Shown: positions 24,781 through 37,189 of the stretch, piece after piece | Layout: every line of letters begins with the position of its first letter | Position numbering within the stretch: position 1 is the stretch's first letter | Source of the DNA: Magallana gigas | Lineage: Eukaryota | Reading direction: 5' to 3' | Assembly: GCF_963853765.1 (NCBI RefSeq) | Contig: NC_088855.1 | Coordinates: forward strand, 55,490,001-55,554,000 | Length of the DNA stretch: 64,000 nt | Notes under the pieces: model-generated | The model's database searches: none | The model's input: only the letters and a program-made list of their open reading frames with translations | Told to the model about the DNA's origin: nothing | Program-made: the position numbers and the translations under genes

Positions 24781-24941
24781 CAATTTGTACACTTCAACAT
24801 TTTAAAACAACTATTTTTCATGTAGCGCATGTTATGTAATATTACTACGCGCTGCACCCAATACCGTTTTTTCGGTTCTGCTATAAGACACGCCCATTTT
24901 GTGTCCCTCCTCTTTTATGAAATTATTGGGTTATATGCTTC

Positions 24942-24944
<3 letters not shown>

Positions 24945-24983
<39 letters not shown>
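24945..24983. repeat. (CT)n microsatellite
   Basis: Direct observation. Confidence 0.95.
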
Positions 24984-24988
<5 letters not shown>

Positions 24989-25008
24989 CGATGATGTTAG
25001 TTGATAAC

Positions 25009-25276
25009 TAGAACCATTTTAACAAGAGCTTGGACTTTGGGTAGTTGGTATCAAACTGCAATGTGACTGTGACATAGGCCTGTCTATTTCATTGTAGGCC
25101 ACTCAGCCATTCCTCTTTGAAATCAACACTATTTGTCTGGCTTTTGAGCTAAGACTACTCAATCGGTGAAAATTTCACCTGAAGCCAGCATCATTTTTCA
25201 CTTGTTTTGACTCAAGAAATAGATAGTTACGTCCTATTGAAAGTCCAAAGTCCAAGGCCTTGTTAAAATGGTTCTA
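25009..25276. mobile_element. Third copy of the TAGAACC MITE, opposite orientation
   Basis: TAGAACCATTTTAACAAGAGC ... GGCCTTGTTAAAATGGTTCTA. Confidence 0.85.
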
Positions 25277-25709
25277 ACTAACAGTAAGTTGACAATTATG
25301 CAAAGTATGTGTAATTCATGCTGCGTTCGCCACAACGATTGCACCGTAAAACATATAACAATATATAAATGTGCATGAACGTGAATATGGACTGTTGCAT
25401 GGTTATAGATGTACAAAGAATTTGTATTTTTTGTCTTCGAGATTTTATCATTTAAACAATGATTAAGAAATTAATGCTTTCTTTTGTGATTCGTGTGGGA
25501 TATGAAGGTGGCGACATTGTAGATGATATACGTAAACTGCGTTAGCAGTTTGTGTAATTTATTTCTGCAATTCTGTTTTTAACGGAAAGACCTGCTTTAT
25601 ATTAAAGAGTGGATTCAAATGGTCTGTTAAAATCCTAACTCATGAGCCATACAGTTAATGAGTTCCAAGAAGGATACACACTTTTACAAAAAAATATAAT
25701 ATATAATCC

Positions 25710-26435
25710 TGGTGGCATATCTCTGCCCTTGTGTGCAAGTTATTTTTCTATCAAATATGTCGACATGCAAGATAAATATGTTGACATGCAAGATAGTTAT
25801 GTCAACATGCAACATAACTATGTTGACATGCAAGAAATTGCAATCTGATATGAATTATACAAAATCTCAAAAAATCGCCCGTCTGTGACATCCAAGATGC
25901 TAGATGTTATCTTTCTATGTCGACATGCAACTTATTTATGTTAACATGCAAGATAAATATGCTGACATGCAACTTATTTATGTCAACATGCAACTTATTT
26001 ATGTCGATATGCAACTTATTTATGTTTACATGCGAGATAAATATGTTGACATGCAACTTATAAGTTGCATGTCAACATAACTAAGTTGCATGTTGACATA
26101 GATATGTTGCATGTCAACATATTTATCTTGCATGTTAACATAACTAAGTTGCATGTTGACATAAATAAGTTGCATGTCGACATAAAGAAGTTGCATGTTA
26201 ACATAAATAAGTTGCATGTTTACATCAATAGGTAGCGTATCTAGCATCTTGGATGTCACATGTTGGCGATATTTGAGATTTTTTATAACTCTTTTTTGAT
26301 TGCAGTTTTCTTGCATGTCAACATAGTTATGTTGCATGTTGACATAACTATCTTGCATGTCAACATATTTATCTTGCATGTCAACATAATTAAGAGAAAA
26401 ATAACTTGCACACAGGGGGCAGAGATATGCCACCA
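25710..26435. mobile_element. Foldback MITE, ~726 bp, built from ~20-bp GTTGACATGCAA subrepeats
   Basis: TIRs TGGTGGCATATCTCTGCCC..GTGTGCAAGTTATTTT / AAAATAACTTGCACAC..GGGCAGAGATATGCCACCA. Inner inverted block GTGACATCCAAGATGCTAGAT. Central perfect palindrome GTTGACATGCAACTTATAAGTTGCATGTCAAC (~26046-26077). Confidence 0.85.
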
Positions 26436-27040
26436 TAATAATCAGATCTAAATTTTGATACTTACATTAATCTACACAGTAAAACGGCGATTAGAGGGTT
26501 TAAAAATCACCACGAGAAGTTTTAGACAAAACTGCGATCTCAAAGAATATTGACTTTCCCCTCCCCTACCTAAAAAGCCATATTTAAAAAGTATTGAAAA
26601 ATTATTTGTTAAATCATTACCCTATTTCCAAGGGCCAGAGTAAGACTGAATTTGGTAATCACTATTAAGAACACTGTTAAGAACAAGAAAATATAGAAAA
26701 TATAGAAAAATGCAACCGGCCCATGAACCTTTCAAAGGTTAAATATACATTTAAAATTATAAATCAGGTGTACTTTGAATTCACTTGAAAATTTACAATT
26801 TGTATTTTCATCATCTCAAATTTACCATAATGATTATCTTTGACAGTACTGTCCTTTACTGTTTGTTCAAGCTTATTTTTGTCGCAGTTTTACCACACAC
26901 CGTATTACGTAAATATGATTGGTGCAAGGATATATGTTTGTGGATACAGATGCACCAAATACATAAATTCGATACACTTGAACAAGCTGCGACGCGAGCC
27001 GATTACACTGTTTCAGGGACTGAGATTGAACTAAGTGTAC

Positions 27041-28900
27041 ATGAGCATGGAGACCGATAAAAAGTAGGTGTTAGATTTATTTCATAGTTTTATATTATTA
27101 CCAGGGAAGTACAATTACAGGGAATTTATTAAGACGCATTAGATTTAATTTTTTAAAGAAAATGATAGCTTCTTACAGTCATATTTAGTAAGAATTTTAA
27201 CAGCTTCTGCATGGAAAAGAATCATAAAGAAATATTGAAATTAGATAATATTTAAAAACTAAAACAGGTACATGTATGTGGATTTAGTTAATACATGTAC
27301 TAAAGAAAAGGAAAAAAATCGTACTTAGAATTACAAGTTGAATATGACGGGCGATTTCTTGACAACCATTTCTCCTTTTGTATACAGTATATTTTAATAG
27401 TTTCAATGATTTAAACGCATTATATTTCTGGAAGGTGACTTTTAGACGACTCCTTACGAAAGCAATTTATATTCTGTAGAAAACTACACATTCAGGAAGA
27501 AAGGATAAAGAATGAGCTAGAGACCCAGGGTTATTCTGTGGTCCCCGGGGTGATTCCACTCGCAGAATGTGACGAATACACCCAGGAATTCCGGGCCTGG
27601 CTGGGCAGGTTTGGAGAGGATGCCCCCGTACGTAGCAGGTCCATCCTGCATCAGTACAGGACGTCCCACTCTAACGCCGCCTGGCGGCTCAGACTTCACG
27701 CCAAACCTGTGTTCGAATCCATATGGGGCACGGAGAAACTTTTAACTAGTGTAGACGGTATGTCTATATCGGAGCCCCCGGAGCAAGGCAAGAGTTTGCT
27801 ACTAACATATTCTTGTGGTATTTTAGTTTATAATAGCAAGGGATCATAGAAACATAGACGTAAAAAAACAAATATTTTATTAATCTTCAAAAATCACAGT
27901 TACACACTATGTGAAAAATTATAATCATGATAAAAATTATAATAAAAAGCACTGAAAACTTTCTGGAAAAAAAACTTTCAATTCATTTAAATTCTGTCAG
28001 AGAATAAATTCTGAAGGTACCGAGTTTTGTTTGAGTGGATTTTCATTAGCAGCACTTTTGGGTAGAGTCGTGATGAATGAAAATCTTAGTCCTCTTTTTG
28101 ACTATTGTTTAACGAATTCAATAGATATTTAATAGATTGAGAGCCAAGATATAGCTAGGTATGTTAATTGTTTAATATGGCGGGTTTTTCAGCATTTACT
28201 CATTTGTCAATTTTTAGGTCGAAGCAACTTCTCCAAACCTGAGGACTGTTGGTTTCACCTTGACCAAGGGAGCTGGCGAAAGGAACTGCATGCGTACCAG
28301 GGGGCAGTCTATTTGGAGGAAACGACCCCATCAGACTACTGCTTCAGAGTGCTCGAGGGCTCCCAAAAATACCACCAGGACTTGATGGACGCTTTCTCAG
28401 ATGTCAATGAAACAATGGCAGGCAAAGATTTTTACATTTTAAAAAATCACCACTTAGAATTCTACCGGAATAAAGGGTGCGCGAAAAAGAAAGTCCCCGT
28501 CCCCAAAGGTGGACTGGTGCTATGGGATTCCAGATTGGTCCACGATACCCTAGCCCCCGTAGAAAGTCGGCCTCATGCCGACAGATGGCGCTTTGTTATT
28601 TACGTCTGCATGACCCCAGCAGTCTGGGCTTCGAAGAAGGATTTTAAGGTCAAGAAGAAGGCTTACGATGAGATGCTGTGTTCTGTTCACTGGCCATCTC
28701 AAGGGGTCAAGCTCTTCCCTGGTACAGACGAGAATGAACAGACAAAACACAAGCGGATCGAGATGGTAGAGGAGCAGCCCTCGATAGCCAGAACGAGGCT
28801 GGTACGGCTACTGGCGGGGATGGAGGCTTACGACTTCACTGATGAACGTCCAAATGGACCCGACTGGCGGCCAAGGTGGTCCGAAATACAGTATAAGTAG
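27041..28900 (+). CDS. PhyH-like Fe(II)/2-oxoglutarate dioxygenase copy 3, 337 aa (exons 27041-27063, 27480-27787, 28218-28900)
   Basis: Open frame across all exons (1014 nt). HLDQ...WDSRLVH...RWRFVIYVCM motifs present. Intron 2 uses an AG|GCAAGA donor or an in-frame GT 6 nt downstream. Confidence 0.85.
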
Positions 28901-30107
28901 GGCGGTTGTCCAAGATCCACTGCGAGTTATTCCTCCTAGTTCAGAGCAAATATGATACCAAATACATTGTTCTATGTTGAACACACATGTACCAATAGTC
29001 AAGATATTTCGCAAATATCTTCAAATTCATTAAAACGACAAACATTTTATCAATTTCAAAGAATTCAATTTATATACATATAAATAATGTACATGTACGT
29101 GAAGATTTAGACTGCTGCATGTTCTTGGTTTTACATTTATTATGTATTTGTATTTATCGTCTTTGTGATTCTATCATAATATCGTTCATTTAAGAATAAT
29201 ATAGACTAAATCATACCAGATTCTCTCTCATTTTAAATTCTTTCACTAAGTTTTAGAACTTTGGAGATGTAATGCTTACGCTCATTTGTTTACTACTGAC
29301 TTATTTACTAGTTTACTATTCACTTGGAACTTATTTGACTACTGTAACTCTACGTTTATGGGCCGTAGAGCTCCTTTCGTCTATAAGGTTGTAAACAAAT
29401 GTCCGATTGAGAATTAGAATTTGAAGCAGGATATAAATCTGTGGTTAAACGTGATAAAGCCAACCCCCACCATTCCAAAAAAGAAGAAGCTAGATAGCAC
29501 TTATAATGAATTGATCATGAAATAATTAATGCAAATGTACTTATAATTCACACATTAATGTACGTGCAGGTAGTGTTACTAGTGTATGAGACCATATAGG
29601 AGGAGGCTTGGTCAATTCCCATCCCTAGAAAATGTCTTCTTATAATTATTTGTATTTATCAAATAAAAAAATAACGAATACAATTTAAAGTTTTATGAGG
29701 AAATAAGATGTACTTTAGGTATGTTATAAATAATTTAGTGTCTCAATTTTCATTAGGTGACTAAAGTGGAAGACATTCATAGGGTGGACCCATGGACCTC
29801 CGAGAATATATTTTGTCAAGTACTAGAAATTTTATTAATTTTTTATGCATAAAAAAGGATAGCACGAGACCAGTAAAAGAGGCACACATCAATTATAAAT
29901 CTTTTAACGGTGTTGCGATAGGCAAGAAGCTAAGTGGACAAACCTTGGAGATAAGTACATTTCAAGTGTTAACCCAATGAATGGTTATTGGATACACACC
30001 ACTAAAGAGATAGTCATCTTCAACATAAGAGTACAAAGTTTTTAGACGAGTCTTATCCTACAGTAATGGCCTGTTACTGGGGAATATGTGATAAAAGAGC
30101 CTAGTAT

Positions 30108-30108
<1 letters not shown>

Positions 30109-30163
<55 letters not shown>
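30109..30163. repeat. (AG)n microsatellite
   Basis: Direct observation. Confidence 0.95.
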
Positions 30164-30165
<2 letters not shown>

Positions 30166-30744
30166 CTAAAACAACCAATATTATCTAATTTTTCTTTAAA
30201 TTATCCATGTACAGTGAATGAAAGTACGAAACATGCCGTGATGATACAGTACATTACATAGAAGACCTTGCCTATATGAAGGTACTGTAAACCAAGGTAA
30301 CATAAAACTTGAGAATGACGTCATTTAGTGATTTTTTTGCTTAGTGTATCAAACGGTCTCAAGAGTCAACCTAGAAAAGGAAAATGTTGTATTATTTTCC
30401 ATGGAAATGGGCTTCTTGTAAATGGGCTCGGCACCCAATACTTTGATTTTTTTTTGGAATTGGCTGAGCTCCACGCTCATTAAATACTTTAAAAGAACCC
30501 ATATAATATACATGTATGTCGTTATTATGTTAATTAGTATGTTACTGATACTGGTATGTAAACTGTCTTACGGAAATAAAGAACTTGAACTTAGAAGATT
30601 ATATAAGTCCCAATGAAAAAAACCAGTACCGAGGAACCGAGGTAAGAATCATTAAGGAATAAGGGATCATTCTTTGAGTATAATGAGGTGATACTTTTGG
30701 TCGGGGCGGGGTCAAATCCAATAAAGCCTGAAGGGCTTTATGAT

Positions 30745-31386
30745 TGTATTGTATTGTTTATTACCAAGAACCATATGATTCATAGGTTTAACATATATAC
30801 ATAAGTGAACAAACATATGAAAACATTTTTAAAAACAAAAACAAAAAAGAAAGACCATCACAATCTTGTATTAGACTGCGTGTGCACATAGCAGTCTGCA
30901 AAATATACATGACAGAAGTAAACAGGATAATGAAGAGTATATTATCAAAACAAAAACTAATTATAATTTCATCGTAATTTTGAGCATTTACATAGGTATT
31001 TTCCCAAATTGCACAACTCTTTGATATTCTTTGTTGAAAGTAATTGAAGTTTAAAAACAGAAGGCTTTTCATAATAATATTTTTTTTACATACAACTTTC
31101 TTATTTCCTTATAAAATGGACAGATTAAAATAAAATGAAACTCATCTTCAATCAGTGATAGTGAACATAGTTTACAAACTCTCTCATTTCTATGGATATT
31201 ATAAAATCTGCCACGCTCAATCTCGAGTTGATGAGAGGATAAACGGTATTTACTTATAAATTGAACATATACAGTTGGTATTGGTTTTGTTAAATATTCT
31301 TGTACTTCAAAATTATTACATAAGTGCTTATACATTATACATTTGGGAGAATTTTCAAAGTAGCCATGTCCTTCTTGTATAAAAAA
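30745..31386 (-). mobile_element. 5'-truncated LINE 3' end (CR1/L2/RTE-X-like) with (ATACA)n tail and ATGAT TSD
   Basis: ORF 31069-31404 reads KYRLSSHQLEIERGRFYNIHRNERVCKLC...IEDEFHFILICPFY. TSD ATGAT at 30740-30744 and 31387-31391. It splits a palindromic element that is intact at 24600-24780. Confidence 0.85.
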
Positions 31387-32419
31387 ATGATAGATTTGAC
31401 TCATGCTCCGACGGAAATTATCACCTCATAATATTCGAAGAATGATTCCTCATTACTTATATTTATATTATTTCCATTTTCTACACTTTAAAACAACATT
31501 TAAAAACCACTATTTTTCATGTAGCACATGTTACAAGTAAGTAGTACGACCATGCGATGCAGCCAATACCGTTTTTCGGTTCTGCTATAAGACAAGCCCA
31601 TTTTGTGTCGCTCCTCTTTTATGAAATTATTGGGTTATATGCTTCAAAATTGATTCGTAATGTTATCACAGACAAAGACAGTTGAAAATGTAGATATTTA
31701 AACATAAAGCCATATATAGGTTATATGACAATCTCAAAACATACGAGTTTAAAGTTCGAAATGATTTTGAGTTTAATTTTCAACATGTATTGGTATTTGT
31801 TTTCATGCGTGCAATATTTCAAACAAACTTGAAATAAATCAAGATACTAAAACTCTGATATGGAACAATACGGGGCCAGTAACACCCACTCAAGCCAGGC
31901 ACCGAGGCATAACAGTAAACATCTAAATGAAAACACCTTTACCTGGAGGAGCTTATCAGCTAATGGAGAGTTCGGGGTCACTGACCATGCGTTTTGTCCA
32001 CCTCACTGACCATGCGTGCTGAGTCCAATTATAAATGTCCCCGCTGTTTGTGCTATGCTACTGTGAGACCCAGGGTCCATGCCAAAACCATCACTACTTT
32101 TATACCTATTACTGATTAAACTGATAACATGTCGATGTCGAGATAATTTTACTTACAGGTGAAGGTTAAAGGTTATATGCACATACAAGTATACCCAACG
32201 TCCAAAGGCTTTAATATGAAATATTAGGTTTTGGAGAATGTGTTTGCGAATTGTTCATTTTGGAATGCAAAGAACTTAGTTTGATATACATATTCTAAAC
32301 ATGTCTTACTTGAAGTGTCACATTTGACCTCTTATGCAAAAGTTTCTATAGCATGAATTAATTCACTATAAACAGTACTGTTTGTCAGTTCACGAGGATA
32401 CTGGGTTGATTCGTCGATA

Positions 32420-32547
32420 NNNNNNNNNNNNNNNNNNNNNNNNNNNNNNNNNNNNNNNNNNNNNNNNNNNNNNNNNNNNNNNNNNNNNNNNNNNNNNNNN
32501 NNNNNNNNNNNNNNNNNNNNNNNNNNNNNNNNNNNNNNNNNNNNNNN
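32420..32547. other. Assembly gap (128 N)
   Basis: Run of N. Confidence 1.
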
Positions 32548-33236
32548 ACACGACCGAGTGAATAACAAGATGAGTTTCCGTACTCTCTTTTATAGGGAGG
32601 ATCCGCGTTCTTCTTAATCACGAGATTCTTTGATTGTTACGATAGATGGCGCTAGATTCATTTAATGACAACCACCTCCCCTGAACAATCCACAATACAT
32701 ATATGTTTGATGGATAGCGACATCTTATTTTCCATTTAGTGACCAACAAAATGAGTAAAATCAAATAGACGTCGTCAGCTTTCCAACTTTTAACATTGTA
32801 GGAAATTATTGCATTGGCCTTTTTTTCGTTTTAAAATCTACCCGAAACTTTTTTTTCTCATAAACTGAACATAATTTTTGGATCTATACTGGCTATCTAC
32901 ATTGAAATATACTTGCGCAGACAGGTTTGTTTTTTGTTTTTTGGTGAAAATACTTTAAACTTCAAGCCATTCAAAGGCGACGAAAAACCAAATTAAAAGG
33001 ATTGCAAAATCATGGTAGGCAGACCAAACAGTTACCCAACTAACCCCTACCCCTTGGCCATACCTTACGTTTAATTTCCATCAACATTTACATAAACAAG
33101 GCCATTGTGACCATGTTATGTTATTTTTTCTATCCATCCAGTAATTCAAAATCAACAAGATAATGGGGGAATACGTAGACGGTGGAAAGTGGTCACGATT
33201 TTCTGACTGGGTTCGACTGACTGTGACAGAGAGGGG

Positions 33237-33243
33237 TATATAA
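33237..33243 (+). promoter_or_regulatory. TATA box of the secreted Asp-rich protein gene
   Basis: TATATAA lies ~50 nt upstream of the ATG at 33292. Confidence 0.6.
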
Positions 33244-33291
33244 TGCCCGGTGGACGGCAGCCCCGGACCAGTGTTCTACAAGCGAAGCATC

Positions 33292-36200
33292 ATGAGGGTA
33301 AACCTGCTGTTAGTGGTTTTGTTGGGCCTCCTGGCATTGTCCTACGGATTCAAGGTAACAATAACTTCACTCTTTTGTTTTCAGACTAATGTATACTAAG
33401 TAATTACCCTTACTTGTACATATTAACTGAAAAAAGAAACGTTTTTGTTCAAAATAATCAGAATTTCAAGACGGTTTCTTTGTGAAATTATTTTTTAGTA
33501 ATTAAAAAACAATAATTATTTATTAAACAAGATATGTAAAAGATAAAAAAAAATCTTCAAATTCCTCATGATAAGATATTTAGGAGGGTGTTGGACTTTT
33601 CATTCAAACCAGTTGTATATCAGTATACAATAGTATATTATGCTAGTGTACGTTATGGGTAGACTTTCCAAACGTTATTGTCTGAAAAAAATCTAGTTTA
33701 AAATCATTCAATCTTCATAATTAATTTTTTTAAAAAGTTCTTTATATAAGTCAAAGAATGAAAATATGGTAGATGTGATAATATAATCTGTTGGAGCACT
33801 AAGAAAACGGTTAAAGTAATATCAACAATGGTTCCTTAAGGATCCCGGACCGACAAATGTAGCGTAACCGTTAAACAAGACATGTAGATGTATAAAAACT
33901 TTATTGTCGATGGAATTCACCCTTCACTGACCACCATAGCCAGTCCAGTCTTTAGCTCCGGGTAGTTTGTTTAATCTCCCAGAAATATCTACCTTCGTCA
34001 CAAAATGTCAGACATTCTGCCGTACAGTGATCATTACCCAAAACAAAATAGGCCCTGTCAGCAATCTATGGAAAGTTTTTAGATCTGTGAAAACGTAAAC
34101 AAAAAATATATAATAAATACAATATTTTGTTCGTCTACGTATATTTTGTATGATTTTCTTAGAACAAACGGTATTTTAGGGATGAGAATTAGTTTATGTT
34201 AAGCATGAATTTCTCCAAACGTATTCACATGCATAATACCCTTAGATTGAGCGAAGAGGAAACAGAGGAAACGGAAAAGGTCAAGGACGGGGTCCACCAG
34301 AGGACGGCGGGCAATCTGACGGAGATGATGATGACTTTGATAATGATGACTTTGATGATGATAATGATGATGATGATGACTTTGATGATGCAGACAAAGA
34401 TAAGAGACGTGACCTACCCAGGCTGATTGTGGGGGTTATTGCCAAGAGAATCCAAATGCAGTTGGAAAACTGTGATTTGTCAGGTAACACCTTTAACCTA
34501 CTAATTCAACCTCAGTAGTTATCGATACTATTCGCTTATCAGATACATCATACATGTACTAATCATAAGTCAACGAGCCTCTTACTCATTGTTTTTGTTT
34601 TATTTTTTACGCAATTCAAACAAGTTAATGGATAAATAACTTGATGCGTTAACCTCGCTAGTGAAATAAAGCATCGTTATAAAAATCATTAAATAGCAAC
34701 AATAAAAACAATGCCAGCAATACATAGATGGACACTCGCGAGCCTACACCGAGTAAGGAATGAACGCCACATGTACATCTCGGCGCATGACGACAGGTTG
34801 CTTTTACATTTAATACCTAATTATTTTAACCGCACTAAGTCCATCTTTGGAATGGTATCAAAACACACATGCGCAGTAAGGTCGGCAAATGAATTTAGAG
34901 TAGTATTTTCGAAAACAATGCGAAAATCCTTATCATAGAGTTAGCTGGCGTGACTTTGCATGACCTTAAAATGTGTCACGTGATATTTCTTTCGGGAAAC
35001 GTGTTCGACGAGTCTGTTCCATTTTCCTTCAATGTCTTTATATACTAATGATTGGCCATAGAATGGTCGATCTGAAATTATTTTTTGTAAGTAAACACGT
35101 GTTCTGTTTAAAGTAGAAATAGTATTTGTAAAGTGCGTACATAGGTATAAAATTACTCATCTTTTCTGTTTTCTGTTTATTTTAGAATTTGACAGTCAAC
35201 CAACAACAATTAAAGGTATGTTAGATAATCTCGATATTGAGTACATACTGCATTTGCATCTACATGACTGTATAACAAAGCAGATTGTAACGTAAATTTC
35301 ACATTGCATGTATCATCTTTTTCATGCCCAGAATCTTTTTCAAGTATCTTAATAAAGTATATTTTACACCCTAGATTTAAATTTTTATCAACATGGAATT
35401 TTATGTGATACATATTAAAATACCAGTCTGCTCTAATCAGAGTATGATCTAATATAACTCATTTTGTAAATGAATTTGCCAGGTGGCATTAACTTTTAAA
35501 TTTACACCATAACATTTTAACACATTATTATTCTAAATCTATTCTAAATTATTGGTGTTGTATACTTGTATTGATATCTCGAACGAAAGATTTGAGCTGT
35601 GTCTTCTTCAGATAATTCGAGAAATAATTCAGCGATAACTTTTAAAAGAACAGGATGTTGGATTATTACAAAGCTTAAGCAGTACAAATGTATAAAAAGT
35701 GTCATGCTATGTGCATGCACTAACTGAAGGTTCTCTTCAAATCTTGTGAACGCACTATTTATCAATATCAAACGAACACGGCCACAAACCACAGTTAGCA
35801 GTGTTATGATATCCCAACAATAAAATGTAATTGTAAAGTTAGCAGTGTTATGATATCCCAACAATAAAATGTAATTGTATAGTTAGCATTCTTATGATAT
35901 CACAACAGTAAAATATAATTGTATAGTTAGCAGTGTTATGATATCCCAACAATAAAATGTTCATTATATTGTCACAGAGACTTTTTTATCAATTAAGTTG
36001 GTTTTGATTTTTTGTTTTAGGTGCTATCCAGTCTATGGCAGAACTTTTGCTCATGGATTGCAGAGCAGGTAAACATAATCAGCTTTTTTTCTATTTCGAT
36101 TTGTAACAGGACACTAGATATTCTAAGTAAAAACCGAATCTACAAACTACATACATGTAAACACTGAATCGACCTACAAACTACATACATGTATAGTCAA

Positions 36201-36818
36201 CCAAACATACCTCACAAGGTAGAAAGTAATACATTTAACTTCTCCACAGACGCCACACTTCTGATGCCTACCACAATCACGTTGTTCATCACTAACTTCT
36301 CATACATGTACAACGCAAGCTTCTACATGTATAAACATTAACAAACTCGTCCCAAGATTAGCTAAATCACGAACACAATTGAATAAGTAATAACAGTCAA
36401 AAGTCCAAATTTACAACAACAGACTCAAAATATTAGACCAATGCAAGCCCAATACTGAACCACTATCTAGATGAACACCCTGAACATCCACAAATTAACA
36501 CACACATGTGTGTATAATTATATATCCTAACTAGGAATATTAAAATGATATGTGTTATAATTCTAGTGTAAAGATATCTCATTAACTCTATTGGATCTTT
36601 TTGCACCACCAAGAAACAAAAATATGATAGCGTATGCATTTTTTGTTGGAACAGGACCCACCGGATCCCCTCCCACCGGATCTCCTCCCACCGATTCCCC
36701 TGTCACCGGACCCACTGGTAACCCCCCTGTGTCCACAGATGGATCCCCTCCTGCGCGTGAGCTGGAGGACAAAGTAGTCCGTGAACTGCTGAACTTCATT
36801 GAGAAGAACCGACATTAA
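33292..36818 (+). CDS. Secreted Asp-rich, Pro/Gly/Thr-rich protein, 180 aa (exons 33292-33354, 34246-34483, 35186-35215, 36021-36068, 36655-36818)
   Basis: All four introns are GT-AG with compatible phases (0,1,1,1), totalling 543 nt. Translation: MRVNLLLVVLLGLLALSYG-FKIERRGNRGNGKGQGRGPPEDGGQSDGDDDDFDNDDFDDDNDDDDDFDDADKDKRRDLPRLIVGVIAKRIQMQLENCDLSEFDSQPTTIKGAIQSMAELLLMDCRAGPTGSPPTGSPPTDSPVTGPTGNPPVSTDGSPPARELEDKVVRELLNFIEKNRH*. TATA box upstream and AATAAA downstream. Confidence 0.8.
35793..35960. repeat. Intronic 44-bp minisatellite, ~3.8 copies
   Basis: Unit agttagcagtgttatgatatcccaacaataaaatgtaattgta(a/t) starts at 35793, 35837, 35881 and 35925. Confidence 0.9.
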
Positions 36819-36898
36819 GTGGCGCCCTCTCACCGCCGTGCTACCACACTCCCCCCTCTCAGTCTAAAATTATCTTAAAATTAATGTATCTTTATTGA

Positions 36899-36904
36899 AA
36901 TAAA
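36899..36904 (+). terminator. Polyadenylation signal AATAAA of the Asp-rich protein gene
   Basis: 80 nt after the stop codon and followed by T-rich sequence. Confidence 0.6.
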
Positions 36905-37189
36905 ACTTGATTCCTTTTTGATAATTCGTTTTTTATTTATCTGGTTTTTGTTAGATTCATGTTTGATTAAAGGTCATAAAAAACGCGCCATTTGATTTTT
37001 AAAAAATTTTTCTTCATAAATCTGAGACTTGTTAATTAAAACAAGCTGTTACCGTGACGGTACCAACTTACAGTGTCACGTGGCATGTACGTAAACATAG
37101 TAGTATTTTGGTAAAGTATTTGTAAGTGTTAACGCATAATAAAGTATAACCGGTTTCAAGATAAGTATGCTGCACATAAGACGAATTTT

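Noticed and set aside
25760-26390. ~20-bp repeats with variable 8-9-nt linkers as a mini-CRISPR; ORFs 25642-25848 and 26026-26436
   Set aside because: The linkers are variants of one another and the whole lies inside MITE TIRs. The YVDMQ-repeat ORFs are artefacts.
32332-32621. ORFs spanning the N gap
   Set aside because: Artefacts of translating N.
34196-34426. ORF-track Met-rich peptide
   Set aside because: Wrong frame of exon 2. Splice phases select the Asp-rich frame.
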